Assembly (NCBI GenBank): GCA_035547815.1
Contig: DASZUB010000034.1
Location: 829 to 64,828 of the forward strand
Direction of reading: 5' to 3'
DNA: 64,000 nucleotides
From: Candidatus Saccharimonadales bacterium
Lineage (GTDB): Bacteria; Patescibacteriota; Saccharimonadia; Saccharimonadales; UBA4665
This document shows positions 37,901 through 45,853 of this stretch, in pieces; the stretch's first letter is position 1; every line of letters starts with the position of its first letter. A model generated the notes under the pieces. That model searched no databases. It was given only the letters and a program-made list of their open reading frames with translations, and was not told the origin of the DNA. The position numbers were made by a program, and so were the translations under genes.

Positions 37901-38522
37901 GGCATTCCTGGCGGAACAAGCCGTGCCTTTGGGTGAGCTGAAAGCCGGTCATGACGGCCAGATGGTCACTATCGGCGGAATCATTACCAACGTGCGGGAT
38001 ATTACTACGCGGAACGGCCGGCGCATGTCTTTTGTCAAGCTGGAGGATTATGCCGGCGAGCTGGAAATCATACTTTTCCCTGGCAGTTACGAACAGTTTT
38101 CGCCGATCCTGCAACAGGATAAAGTCGTGCTTATCAAAGGAAAAGTGAATAGCCGCGACCGCGACGGCAGGGTGTCGGACGAAGTAAAAGTCAATGTTGA
38201 AAACGCCAAAGAAATCACCGTAGATGAGGCTAGCGCGTATGAATCGACAGGTGCCAAGAAACAGCTCGGCGCACCCAGCAATCCGAAGGCGATCAGTGAG
38301 CGTGTCTATATCCGTTTAGCTAGCACTAGCGATGAAGCCAAACTGGTGTCGCTAAAGAAAACTATTGATACGCATAGAGGCGACACCGAAGTGGTCCTGG
38401 TCTTAGGCGCCGATTCCGCCAAACAGGCCATAAAGTTGCCCGGCGGTATCGACCGCGCTAGCAGCGAAGGGCTGGAGCGCCTTAAAGAACTCGTCGGTAA
38501 TGACAATCTGGTCATTCGCTAG
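34929..38522 (+). CDS. dnaE: DNA polymerase III alpha subunit
   Basis: PHP domain HLHNHTQYSLLDG, polymerase core, and OB fold. TTG start after an AGAGGGG Shine-Dalgarno. Confidence 0.97.
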   Translation: MGAKKQTLKPSDYVHLHNHTQYSLLDGLTKVPKLIEYVKKHDMEAVAMTDHGTLSGTIEFYKEAKANGVKPIIGMEAYIAARKMTDKEPAKDKPNYHLILLAMNEEGYKNLMILSTKANLEGFYYKPRIDHELLEKHSAGLICLSGCASSEVGDQLRQGQYEKALETAKWYKKVFGDRYYLELQDHGHAEHSSMWDVQNAINDNLLKLGKELNIPAVVTCDAHYLKHEDQEAHEILLCVQTGSFLSDEKRMSLKEIELHVTDPKEVIKRWGKEHPEVITNTKAIADRCDVEIKLGGILIPKFPVPKGETEKSYLHTLTWQGLAWRYGNIDAKKSAKLKDNEAKKLLTKEIIERTEYELSTMDTMGFNGYFLIVQDFIKWGKDQGIIFGPGRGSAAGSIVAYALRITEIEPLGYKLMFERFLNPGRISMPDIDIDIQDTRRDEVIQYCVNKYGKDHVANIVTFGRMAARNAVRDVSRVLQVPYAEADRLAKMIPPPVQGRHIPLVKSLKDDRDLRQEYASNQTAKQVFDLAVQLEGTIRSHGVHAAGVVIAPEDIVNYTPLEMAQKGVIATQYSMGPIEELGLLKMDFLGLSNLTILNNALRIVRKVYGKKIELSEIPNDDDKTLALFRSGDTTGVFQFESAGMKRYLKELKPTEFADLVAMNALYRPGPMEQIPAFIKGKNNASSVTYLHDSLKPVLEDTYGVIVYQENIIQLLQLVAGYTPGEADLVRKAIGKKKRDIMRAEEPKFIAGCKKQGLNEKQANQLWSLIQPFADYSFNRAHATCYAQIAYWTAYLKAHYPEAFMAAVMTSDYDDNDRLAIEITECQRMGITVLPPDVNESFVEFAVVPGKKEIRFGLAAIKNVGTGAVEEILRARKERGFQDLEDFLRRVDSSVVNRKAMESLIKAGAFDRFGERGTLLHNLESIMAFTARLHKQANSGQTDLFGSLDGASEHRQRLELVPPPNEIDGHQQLQWERELLGLYLSRHPLEAFKAFLAEQAVPLGELKAGHDGQMVTIGGIITNVRDITTRNGRRMSFVKLEDYAGELEIILFPGSYEQFSPILQQDKVVLIKGKVNSRDRDGRVSDEVKVNVENAKEITVDEASAYESTGAKKQLGAPSNPKAISERVYIRLASTSDEAKLVSLKKTIDTHRGDTEVVLVLGADSAKQAIKLPGGIDRASSEGLERLKELVGNDNLVIR

Positions 38523-39412
38523 CGTATAGTGCCGCTGGCTTGCATCAATATGAAGGCAGTAGTGCCTACCAGGACGACTGCTATATCCAAGACCGGATGG
38601 CGGGCGACGAAACTTTCACCCTCTAATACCAAGCGTTTCAGACGCAGGGCGTGGCTGGTTATAAATATTGCGGCAGCCGCGCCGGCGACCGTAGCCAAGA
38701 CCACCGTGCTCCAAGTAGCCTGGCCGTTGGTAACCAGCTGGATGCGCGAGATCGGCTGCGACTTAGCGCTCGCTAGTTGGGCGTCCTGGATACCGGCCAT
38801 GCCGCTGTTAGTGACCGGTGCAACCTCTGCCGGGTCACCGTACTCAGCGACTACTATCGTAGCCGGCCCTTGACCCTGGAAATTGCTCGATTGGGCCACG
38901 CCGAAACCGACATCCCTGTAATTGGCGTTAAGGATGTTGGCGCGGTGTGTCGGGCTGTTCATCCAGCCTGCCAGCGTGTCATCGGCGTTACTGAACCCAT
39001 AGGCCAGGTTTTCACCGGCCATCTGATAGTGGTACCCCGCGGCGGTTATGAAGGCCCAGGGCGCCTTGCCGTCCGGCGTGTTGTGTGACCAATAATTACG
39101 TGCCACCATGTCGTCAGCCTTGGCTTGGGCGGCCGCATTCAGGCGGCTATTGAGCGCTAGCGACTGTTCGTGATCGGCTGAACGCTGATTGTTCGTAGCC
39201 TGCAAAAGTGCTTCGCCGGTAAAGTTGCTGTTAGTCCCCAGCACAGCTTGGTGTGACCACAGGCCATTGACTATCAGCCCGAGGCCGACAATCAGCAGCA
39301 TAGGCAGGTATGGCCAGTAATGTTTCAGGTAAGTATCGGTATGCCGGTGGTGTGCCCCGCGCCGTTTCTTATGGTGGGCTGAATTAAGTTTCGGTTTATC
39401 TACCAGTGTCAT
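38519..39412 (-). CDS. CAP (SCP/PR1-like) domain protein flanked by TM helices
   Basis: YWSHNTPDG, GENLAYG and NSPTHRANIL CAP motifs. It has an N-terminal TM and a hydrophobic C-terminal region. Confidence 0.75.
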   Translation of the reverse strand: MTLVDKPKLNSAHHKKRRGAHHRHTDTYLKHYWPYLPMLLIVGLGLIVNGLWSHQAVLGTNSNFTGEALLQATNNQRSADHEQSLALNSRLNAAAQAKADDMVARNYWSHNTPDGKAPWAFITAAGYHYQMAGENLAYGFSNADDTLAGWMNSPTHRANILNANYRDVGFGVAQSSNFQGQGPATIVVAEYGDPAEVAPVTNSGMAGIQDAQLASAKSQPISRIQLVTNGQATWSTVVLATVAGAAAAIFITSHALRLKRLVLEGESFVARHPVLDIAVVLVGTTAFILMQASGTIR

Positions 39413-39437
39413 GTTTGTTTTTCAGTTAACATGCTAA

Positions 39438-39935
39438 TTATACCATAAAACGCATATGGTACAGCGCCATGGCGGCAGCCTGGACGACATTGAATGACTC
39501 TTTGCAGCCGAACATTGGAATCTCGATGACCTTGTCGGCCTTGGCGACTATCTCCGGCTCAGCGCCTTCGACCTCACGGCCGATGATGATAGCGACCTTC
39601 TTAGGCGGTTTGAAACCGGGCAAATCAATGGAATTTCCGGATTGTTCCAGGGCAATGACGGTAAATTCCTGGGATTTCAACCTATCTATCAGTTCTTCGA
39701 CGTCTTCCTGATGCCGCCAACCGACCGTCTTTTCGGCTCCCAAAGCCGTTTTGGCAATCTGTTTATCAACTTTCTGGGCGATATGCGGCAAGCGGCTATC
39801 GTTAGGCGCCAGCGGATACGGTGTGTAGCCCGTCAGGTAAACCCGGTCCACGCCCAATCCGTCGGCCGTCCTCAGGAGCGAACCCACGTTATGCGAACTG
39901 CGCAAATTATGCGCGATCAGGACGATCTTTCCCAT
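39438..39935 (-). CDS. TrmH/SpoU-family RNA 2'-O-methyltransferase
   Basis: HNVGSLLRTADG, IIGREVEGAEPE and IPMFGCKESFNVVQAAAMALY motifs. Confidence 0.85.
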   Translation of the reverse strand: MGKIVLIAHNLRSSHNVGSLLRTADGLGVDRVYLTGYTPYPLAPNDSRLPHIAQKVDKQIAKTALGAEKTVGWRHQEDVEELIDRLKSQEFTVIALEQSGNSIDLPGFKPPKKVAIIIGREVEGAEPEIVAKADKVIEIPMFGCKESFNVVQAAAMALYHMRFMV

Positions 39936-39983
39936 GTCACAACTATACCGGATATCTACGCTTATGCTTTATACTGAATGCAT

Positions 39984-41594
39984 ATGGATCAAGACCCCGC
40001 CCGCCTAGAAGAAGAGCAGGCTACTCAGCGCCGTGCCCGCGTGCTCGGTATGGACTATTTCGACACGTCGCAGAATGACGGCAAACCGCTTTATAAGAAC
40101 TGGCTGACCGTGCCGGAGCTGTACAAATATAGGGTCATCCCGGTGCGTTCGGATAGGAGCAATATCTTATTCGGCGTCACTACCACCACGTCGCAAAAGA
40201 CCATGGATGAACTGCGACAGCGTTTTGCCGACCAGCGCGTCAATTTCGCTATCATATCGGAGGCCGGCTACAGGCAGTACATGCACTTGTACGACCCGCC
40301 CAAAAAGATCGAATACCATGATATTGAGATCAACCAAGCCGGCAGCACGGAGCTGGTGGACCAGATATCAAATATCCTGGAGCAGGTGCGGGCCGATGAT
40401 ATGCTGGCCTATCTGGTGGCGCAGGCCCACCGCTTGAACGCATCGGATATCCATATCGAGACACAGCGCGACTATATCCGTATCCGTTTCAGGATCGACG
40501 GTGTATTGCATCCGATAGCTCGCCTCCAGCCGGACAAGTACCGCATACTTATATCCGCTATAGCCAGCGCCGGCAATGTCTCCACCTCGACCAACGAAGC
40601 GCAGCAGGGCCATATCGCCCAGCGCGTCAAAATGGCTGATGGCAACGAGGTGGACGTCAACGTCCGCCTGGAAACCGTGCCGACCATCAACGGTATGGAC
40701 GTCGTCATGCGCTTGTTTAACATGGACGCCTCTATGTATACGCTGGACCGGCTTGGTCTGAGCGAGCAGGAGCGCAGCGTCGTCGATGACATCATCGCCA
40801 AGCCAAGCGGTCTGGTTATGATCGTCGGCCCGACCGGTTCCGGCAAGACCACCACGCTCTACTCCATGCTGAACACCTTGAATAGCGACGAACGCAAGAT
40901 CATCACTATCGAAGACCCTGTCGAATACCAATTCCCCGGTATCACGCAGATTTCCGTGCATTCCAGCGAAGGCGGTAATGACGATAGCTTCGCCGACAAG
41001 CTGCGCGCCGTCCTCAGGCTCGATCCGGACATCGTGATGGTCGGTGAGATCCGCGATATGGATACCGCCCGCACGGCTTTGCAGGCGGCGTTGACCGGCC
41101 ATTTGGTGCTGGCTACCTTCCACGCCAGCTCGGCGGCCGCGGCACTTACACGCATCGCCGACATCATCGGCCAGAACCCATTATTTATCTCGGCGATCCG
41201 GCTGGTCATGGCCCAGCGCCTGATCCGCCGGCTGGATGATTCCACCAAACAGCCGTATGATCCTTCAGAAGGCGAGTGGCAACAGATCAACGACGTGCTG
41301 GCGACGCTACCGGAAGCGGTGCCGAAGCCGAACCTCGATGGTCTCAAGCTCTATAAACCAGGCAGTTCAGAGGCCAACCCTTATGGCTACCAAGGCCAGT
41401 TGGCAATCCGTGAGCAGTTCATGATGAGCGAGCCCTTGCGCCAAATCTTAGAGGACCCGAAGGTCGTGGTGACTACTCAGAACTTGGAAGAGGCCGCAGC
41501 CAAATCAGGTATGCTTACCATGCTTCAGGACGGCATGCTGAAAGTCATAGCCGGCCAATCGACGCTGGAAGAGCTTTATCGCGTCGTCGGCTAA
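39984..41594 (+). CDS. pilB: GspE/PilB-family type IV pilus assembly ATPase
   Basis: GPTGSGKTTT Walker A, IVMVGEIRD Walker B, and GHLVLATFH His box. The alternative ATG 39978 lies only 2 nt after the putative -10. Confidence 0.9.
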   Translation: MDQDPARLEEEQATQRRARVLGMDYFDTSQNDGKPLYKNWLTVPELYKYRVIPVRSDRSNILFGVTTTTSQKTMDELRQRFADQRVNFAIISEAGYRQYMHLYDPPKKIEYHDIEINQAGSTELVDQISNILEQVRADDMLAYLVAQAHRLNASDIHIETQRDYIRIRFRIDGVLHPIARLQPDKYRILISAIASAGNVSTSTNEAQQGHIAQRVKMADGNEVDVNVRLETVPTINGMDVVMRLFNMDASMYTLDRLGLSEQERSVVDDIIAKPSGLVMIVGPTGSGKTTTLYSMLNTLNSDERKIITIEDPVEYQFPGITQISVHSSEGGNDDSFADKLRAVLRLDPDIVMVGEIRDMDTARTALQAALTGHLVLATFHASSAAAALTRIADIIGQNPLFISAIRLVMAQRLIRRLDDSTKQPYDPSEGEWQQINDVLATLPEAVPKPNLDGLKLYKPGSSEANPYGYQGQLAIREQFMMSEPLRQILEDPKVVVTTQNLEEAAAKSGMLTMLQDGMLKVIAGQSTLEELYRVVG

Positions 41595-41597
41595 ACC

Positions 41598-42044
41598 TTA
41601 TCCGCGTCGTTGATTTCTTTTTGTTATTTCTTTCTTTCGTTTACGTGGGAACTTGGGTTGGCTGTAGCCTCTTCGAGCCTTCCAGAGCTCGGCTTCGCGT
41701 ACACTATCATGATCAATTTTTTCCGAGACAATGAGTCTCCAATTGTCTAAAAGCTCGTTTCGTTGATCTTCGTCATCTACCAGGCTGGCAAGAATGCCTT
41801 CCATATCGGTAAAGGCCAAGACTTTTATTCCGAGCATTCTTTCTTCTGCGTATTCGGATAATTTGGTCTCGACGGATTCCACCAGCTCCGCTGGTTCAAA
41901 GCTGATTCCGGCTAGCTCCATGATTCTCGGAATAACGCCGTCATGGAATGCCGAATCATCAGAAACGTGTTCCAGCCGCTCCCTGATATCAGGAGCATCG
42001 GGCATTAGTATGTAAAGCGGCATCCCTCCGCTTTCGTCAGACAT
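41598..42044 (-). CDS. hypothetical acidic protein with basic C-terminal tail (148 aa)
   Basis: The ATG lies 7 nt after TATAAT (reverse complement of 42052-42057). No family recognised. Confidence 0.5.
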   Translation of the reverse strand: MSDESGGMPLYILMPDAPDIRERLEHVSDDSAFHDGVIPRIMELAGISFEPAELVESVETKLSEYAEERMLGIKVLAFTDMEGILASLVDDEDQRNELLDNWRLIVSEKIDHDSVREAELWKARRGYSQPKFPRKRKKEITKRNQRRG

Positions 42045-42060
42045 ATCTAGTATTATATAT

Positions 42061-43197
42061 TCAAATTATAACTTTAGCAATGGCGGGGACCAGGCGTTCG
42101 TCGCCGACATGCGGAATGATTTCGTCCACGGTCGGGCTTTTGACAAGGCCGGCTATAGCTTCGGCGGCGGCTATCTTGTGTTCGTCCGTGATCTGGCGCA
42201 CATTATTATCTAGCGCGCCCCGGAAAATACCTGGGAAGGCCAGGGCATTATTGACTTGGTTAGGAAAATCGCTGCGGCCAGTGGCAATGATTGCCGCGCC
42301 CGCCGCCCGTGCCTCGTCCGGCATGATTTCCGGGACCGGATTGGCCATGGCGAAAATGATCGGGTCCTTGGCCATGCTTTTGACCATGGCGGCCGTCAGC
42401 AGGCCAGGCTGGGATACGCCTATGAAGACGTCGGCGTCTTTGATGGCATCCTCGAGCGAACCCTCGACGTGATTGGGATTGGTAATCTGGAGCAGCCGTT
42501 TTTTGGACTCATTGAGGTCCGGGCGTCCCTCATGGACCACGCCTTGGCTGTCGACGGCGATAATTTCCGATCCGGCGTACTTATGCAGCAGCTTGGCAAT
42601 GGCCACACCTGCAGCGCCGGCGCCGACCACGACAATTTTGCAGTCTTTCAGCTCTTTGCCGACCAGTTTGGCGGCGTTTATCAGGCCGGCTAGGGTGACC
42701 ACGGCAGTACCGTGCTGGTCATCGTGCATGACCGGTATAGGCAATTCTTCAGCCAGCCGTTCTTCAACCTCGAAACAGATCGGCGCAGCGATATCCTCCA
42801 AATTTATGCCGCCAAAACTCGGCGCGATCGCTTTCACGGCAGTCACGATATCATCGGCCGAATGGACGTCCAGCACGATCGGTACGGCATCGATATCGGC
42901 GAAATGCTTGAAAAGCATGCATTTGCCCTCCATCACCGGCAAGCTGGCCTTCGGGCCGATGTTGCCTAGGCCTAGGACGGCCGAACCATCGCTGATAACG
43001 GCCACGTTATTGTTCAGCCAAGTGTAGTCCGCGGCCGTCTCCGGATGGTCGGCGATTTGCCGCGAAACGGCCGCGACGCCCGGCGTGTAATAAATGCTCA
43101 ATTGCTCACGGCTATCAAGCGTGTCCTTGAGCCGGACCGCGATCTTGCCGCGCAGTTCCTTGTGCTTCTCCAGTGCCTTTTCATCAAAATCAGACAT
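42061..43197 (-). CDS. NAD(P)-dependent malic enzyme (short form, no PTA domain)
   Basis: IYYTPGVAAVS and VVVGAGAAGVAI motifs with short malic enzyme architecture. Confidence 0.9.
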   Translation of the reverse strand: MSDFDEKALEKHKELRGKIAVRLKDTLDSREQLSIYYTPGVAAVSRQIADHPETAADYTWLNNNVAVISDGSAVLGLGNIGPKASLPVMEGKCMLFKHFADIDAVPIVLDVHSADDIVTAVKAIAPSFGGINLEDIAAPICFEVEERLAEELPIPVMHDDQHGTAVVTLAGLINAAKLVGKELKDCKIVVVGAGAAGVAIAKLLHKYAGSEIIAVDSQGVVHEGRPDLNESKKRLLQITNPNHVEGSLEDAIKDADVFIGVSQPGLLTAAMVKSMAKDPIIFAMANPVPEIMPDEARAAGAAIIATGRSDFPNQVNNALAFPGIFRGALDNNVRQITDEHKIAAAEAIAGLVKSPTVDEIIPHVGDERLVPAIAKVII

Positions 43198-43257
43198 ACC
43201 TAACCATTGTACACGGCTCTTATGTCATAAAGTAGGCCGCCGCACCCGAGATTTCCC

Positions 43258-43286
43258 TTGATTTAATCAGTTAAATCCTGTACAAT
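43258..43286 (+). promoter_or_regulatory. promoter TTGATT-N17-TACAAT, 9 nt before the rplS ATG
   Basis: -35 at 43258-43263 and -10 at 43281-43286, preceded by TG. Confidence 0.5.
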
Positions 43287-43295
43287 CTACCGGAT

Positions 43296-43838
43296 ATGTC
43301 GAGTGTGATAGATCAAATCAACGACCAGTATAAGAAAAAGGCCGTCGTGGACGTACGCAGCGGTGACACCGTGCGCGTGCACCAGAAAATCCGCGAAGGC
43401 AACAAAGAACGTATCCAGATTTTCCAGGGTTTGGTAATCCGCACCGACCGCAAAGGCAGCCATACCAGCCGCATCACCGTGCGCCGGATTTCGAGCGGTA
43501 TCGGCGTCGAGAAAAGCTTTTTACTGCACAGCCCGCTGGTAGTGCAGGTAGAAGTTACCAAGCGCTCCAAAGTACGCCGCAATTACCTTAGCTATATGCG
43601 TGAACGGACCGGCAAGGCCGCCCGCCTGAGCAGCGTCGACTTTGACCGCGAAGCAGTCAACGCCGTCCACGACGAAGCCGCCGAAGCCGAAGAGGCCAAA
43701 CTGAAGGAAGAAAAGGCGAAAGAAGCCGAGGCCAAGGCCGAAGAAAAAGCTAAGGAAGAAGCCGAGAACGAAGCCAAGGTCGCTGCTGCCATGGCCTCCC
43801 ACGAGCAGGCTGGCGACAGCGAAGCCAAAAAAGACTAG
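43296..43838 (+). CDS. rplS: 50S ribosomal protein L19 with about 65-aa A/E/K-rich C-terminal extension
   Basis: L19 core (GDTVRVHQKIREGNKERIQIFQGLVI) followed by an EAKLKEEKAKEAEAKAEEKAKEE tail. Confidence 0.92.
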   Translation: MSSVIDQINDQYKKKAVVDVRSGDTVRVHQKIREGNKERIQIFQGLVIRTDRKGSHTSRITVRRISSGIGVEKSFLLHSPLVVQVEVTKRSKVRRNYLSYMRERTGKAARLSSVDFDREAVNAVHDEAAEAEEAKLKEEKAKEAEAKAEEKAKEEAENEAKVAAAMASHEQAGDSEAKKD

Positions 43839-44578
43839 GCTACGGCCAGAGCCAGGGAATCAAGCTGGCCGAGAATAACTTCTTGTACCGGACGATGGGC
43901 GATGCCGATAGGCTGTCCGTCGACCATTACCAGGTTTTCGCCGCTTAGTATCAGATTGCTCTCGCCATTAGTGTCAGGTACTAGCCCGTGTGCACCATGC
44001 AGGCCGTGGCTGCGTTCGGTAAAATCACCCAACTGACCTAAGGCTGATGGATGTTCATCCAGGAGCTTATCCAGATTGGCAGCAACTACATCAGTATTCA
44101 AGGGCTCGAATAACCGCGGGTCGCTGCCGTCTAGATAAGGCTGCCGGACCTGGACGGCGGTGACGCTTGGCAGGAAAGGCAGGGCTTCTACGCTGACCTG
44201 CTGCGGAAGCGAGAATTCTCCCAGCCACTTAAGCATCAGGCCATGCTCTTTTCTGAGCCGTTCGGCATATGCCTCCTGCGCCTGGCGCCTCATGAGAAGC
44301 GTCGCGTGGGCTACCTTGAGGACCTCATCGTCACTGATACGGAATACGGTGAATTCATCCCCTTCGCCGATATGCTGGCCGCTCCAATCTTTATAATCCA
44401 AACCGACCAGGCCGGTAAGCTTTTTTGGTGCCCTAGTAATAAGGCCGTGGGTTGCTAGCATTCCCGAACGCTTTATGGACCGGGGCCTATCCCGTAATTC
44501 TTGGCGCCGTGCTTGCGCCGTTTCCACCGAAGAAGCGGAAATCAAACTTCTACCCACCATTTTACGGGGACTTGCCAT
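43835..44578 (-). CDS. hypothetical protein with protein-kinase-like (APH/Kdo-kinase-like) motifs
   Basis: IGEGDEFTVF glycine loop, VLKV lysine, HGLVPDTNGESNLIL (H-x-D..N-like) and LVMVDGQ (DFG-like). This is a tentative call. Confidence 0.4.
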   Translation of the reverse strand: MASPRKMVGRSLISASSVETAQARRQELRDRPRSIKRSGMLATHGLITRAPKKLTGLVGLDYKDWSGQHIGEGDEFTVFRISDDEVLKVAHATLLMRRQAQEAYAERLRKEHGLMLKWLGEFSLPQQVSVEALPFLPSVTAVQVRQPYLDGSDPRLFEPLNTDVVAANLDKLLDEHPSALGQLGDFTERSHGLHGAHGLVPDTNGESNLILSGENLVMVDGQPIGIAHRPVQEVILGQLDSLALAVA

Positions 44579-44665
44579 CTTGTGATTTTATAATGTAATA
44601 ATTCGAAAGTCAAACTAACAACAGATTGATAAAAGACAGAGTAGAAAACGGACGGGAGGGGTAAA

Positions 44666-44697
44666 GAAGCGTTGGGTTAAAACCCACGGTCCGCTTC
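44666..44697 (-). terminator. weak terminator-like hairpin after the small-ORF pair
   Basis: GAAGCG (44666-44671) pairs with CGCTTC (44692-44697), with an inner GGGT/ACCC helix. Only TTT follows on the minus strand. Confidence 0.25.
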
Positions 44698-44739
44698 ACC
44701 AAGCATATCGCTTGTCCCCAGCTGCTTCGCTAAACAGTT

Positions 44740-44865
44740 TTACCTGTCTGGTCGAGGCCACGACATCTTCGGGCGCGGCTTGGCACGTATCGGCCAGAAA
44801 TCGAGGGCTATTAGTACACCTATCGCGGCGACGATCACAGCCGACCCAAGTTTTACCGCTTTCAT
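44740..44865 (-). CDS. small hydrophobic peptide (41 aa), not in the ORF track
   Basis: GGGAGG Shine-Dalgarno 4 nt before ATG 44865. Sequence MKAVKLGSAVIVAAIGVLIALDFWPIRAKPRPKMSWPRPDR, ending at TAA 44740-44742. Confidence 0.5.
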   Translation of the reverse strand: MKAVKLGSAVIVAAIGVLIALDFWPIRAKPRPKMSWPRPDR

Positions 44866-44920
44866 CTTACCTCCCGGTTGCTTTACGCTTTGCCTTCGGT
44901 TTTTGTCGCTCGTGGCATCG

Positions 44921-45142
44921 CTATTTTCGTTTACCGCTGTTTCCGATATACAGCAACAGCGCTATCAGAAAAGCGAGTATGAGCAAGGGCTCAAATACGT
45001 TTTTAATGAAAGCGCTTACCAGCATGCTGATTACGCCGCTGAATATTATTACGGCGATCACGGCAGCGGTAAGCAGTGCTCTTCCTGGCGTCCTGAATAA
45101 GGAGCCGAAGAAATTGCGCCACTGTTTACTGTGTCCTTGCAC
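44921..45142 (-). CDS. small two-TM membrane protein (73 aa)
   Basis: GTG start 7 nt after AAGGAG (reverse complement of 45150-45155), with two clear hydrophobic helices. Confidence 0.55.
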   Translation of the reverse strand: MQGHSKQWRNFFGSLFRTPGRALLTAAVIAVIIFSGVISMLVSAFIKNVFEPLLILAFLIALLLYIGNSGKRK

Positions 45143-45291
45143 TTTCGAGCTCCTTAGTTTCTACTCTGTCAAAGGTCGATTCGGAGCAGTCGCTCCAAAC
45201 CGTTAATGAACCGATGGAGCAATACTTCACTCAACAAATCGAACACATTATACCACAAAAGTCAAGATATATGAAATGCTACAATGAATTT

Positions 45292-45849
45292 ATGGTTACC
45301 GTGGGGGTCGATGAAGTAGGGCGCGGTTGTTGGGCGGGTCCGCTGGTGGCTGGAGCGGTGATCTTGTCGCGGCCTATCGCTGGCTTGAAGGATTCCAAGA
45401 AGCTCACTAAAAAACAGCGGGAAGCCTTTGCCGGTCAGATACACGAAAACGCCCTGGCGGTCGGCCTCGGCTGGGCTGGGCCGGATGAGATTGACAGGCT
45501 CGGTATGACCGCCGCCATCCGCCTGGCTATGCGGCGGGCGCTAGAACTCCTTGACGCGGACTACGACGAAATAATTATCGACGGTAATTTTAACTTCCTG
45601 AAAGACAACCCGAAAGCAGGAGCGCTTATCAAAGCCGATGATAGCGTCCCTGCGGTCAGCGCTGCCAGCATAGTCGCCAAAGTGGCGCGCGATGACTACA
45701 TGGCCGAGGTCGCGGATAAGTATCCGGATTACGGTTTCCCGAGCCATGTCGGTTACGGCACATCCCTGCATATAGAACGTTTGAAATTGTACGGTGTCAG
45801 CGACCTACATAGGCGCAGCTTCAAGCCCGTAGCCGCTCTGTTACAATGA
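45292..45849 (+). CDS. rnhB: ribonuclease HII
   Basis: VGVDEVGRGCWAGPLVAGAV catalytic N-terminus. ATG 45292 lies 6 nt after TGCTACAAT. The track start 45214 is rejected. Confidence 0.9.
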   Translation: MVTVGVDEVGRGCWAGPLVAGAVILSRPIAGLKDSKKLTKKQREAFAGQIHENALAVGLGWAGPDEIDRLGMTAAIRLAMRRALELLDADYDEIIIDGNFNFLKDNPKAGALIKADDSVPAVSAASIVAKVARDDYMAEVADKYPDYGFPSHVGYGTSLHIERLKLYGVSDLHRRSFKPVAALLQ

Positions 45850-45853
45850 GCAT

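Noticed and set aside
44712-45206. A 164-aa plus-strand ORF (and a nested 106-aa ORF) in the region between the kinase-like gene and rnhB.
   Set aside because: It has a TTG start without a Shine-Dalgarno and an Arg/Ser/Leu-rich, non-protein-like translation. The opposite strand carries two small TM ORFs with canonical AAGGAG and GGGAGG sites, which explain the region better.
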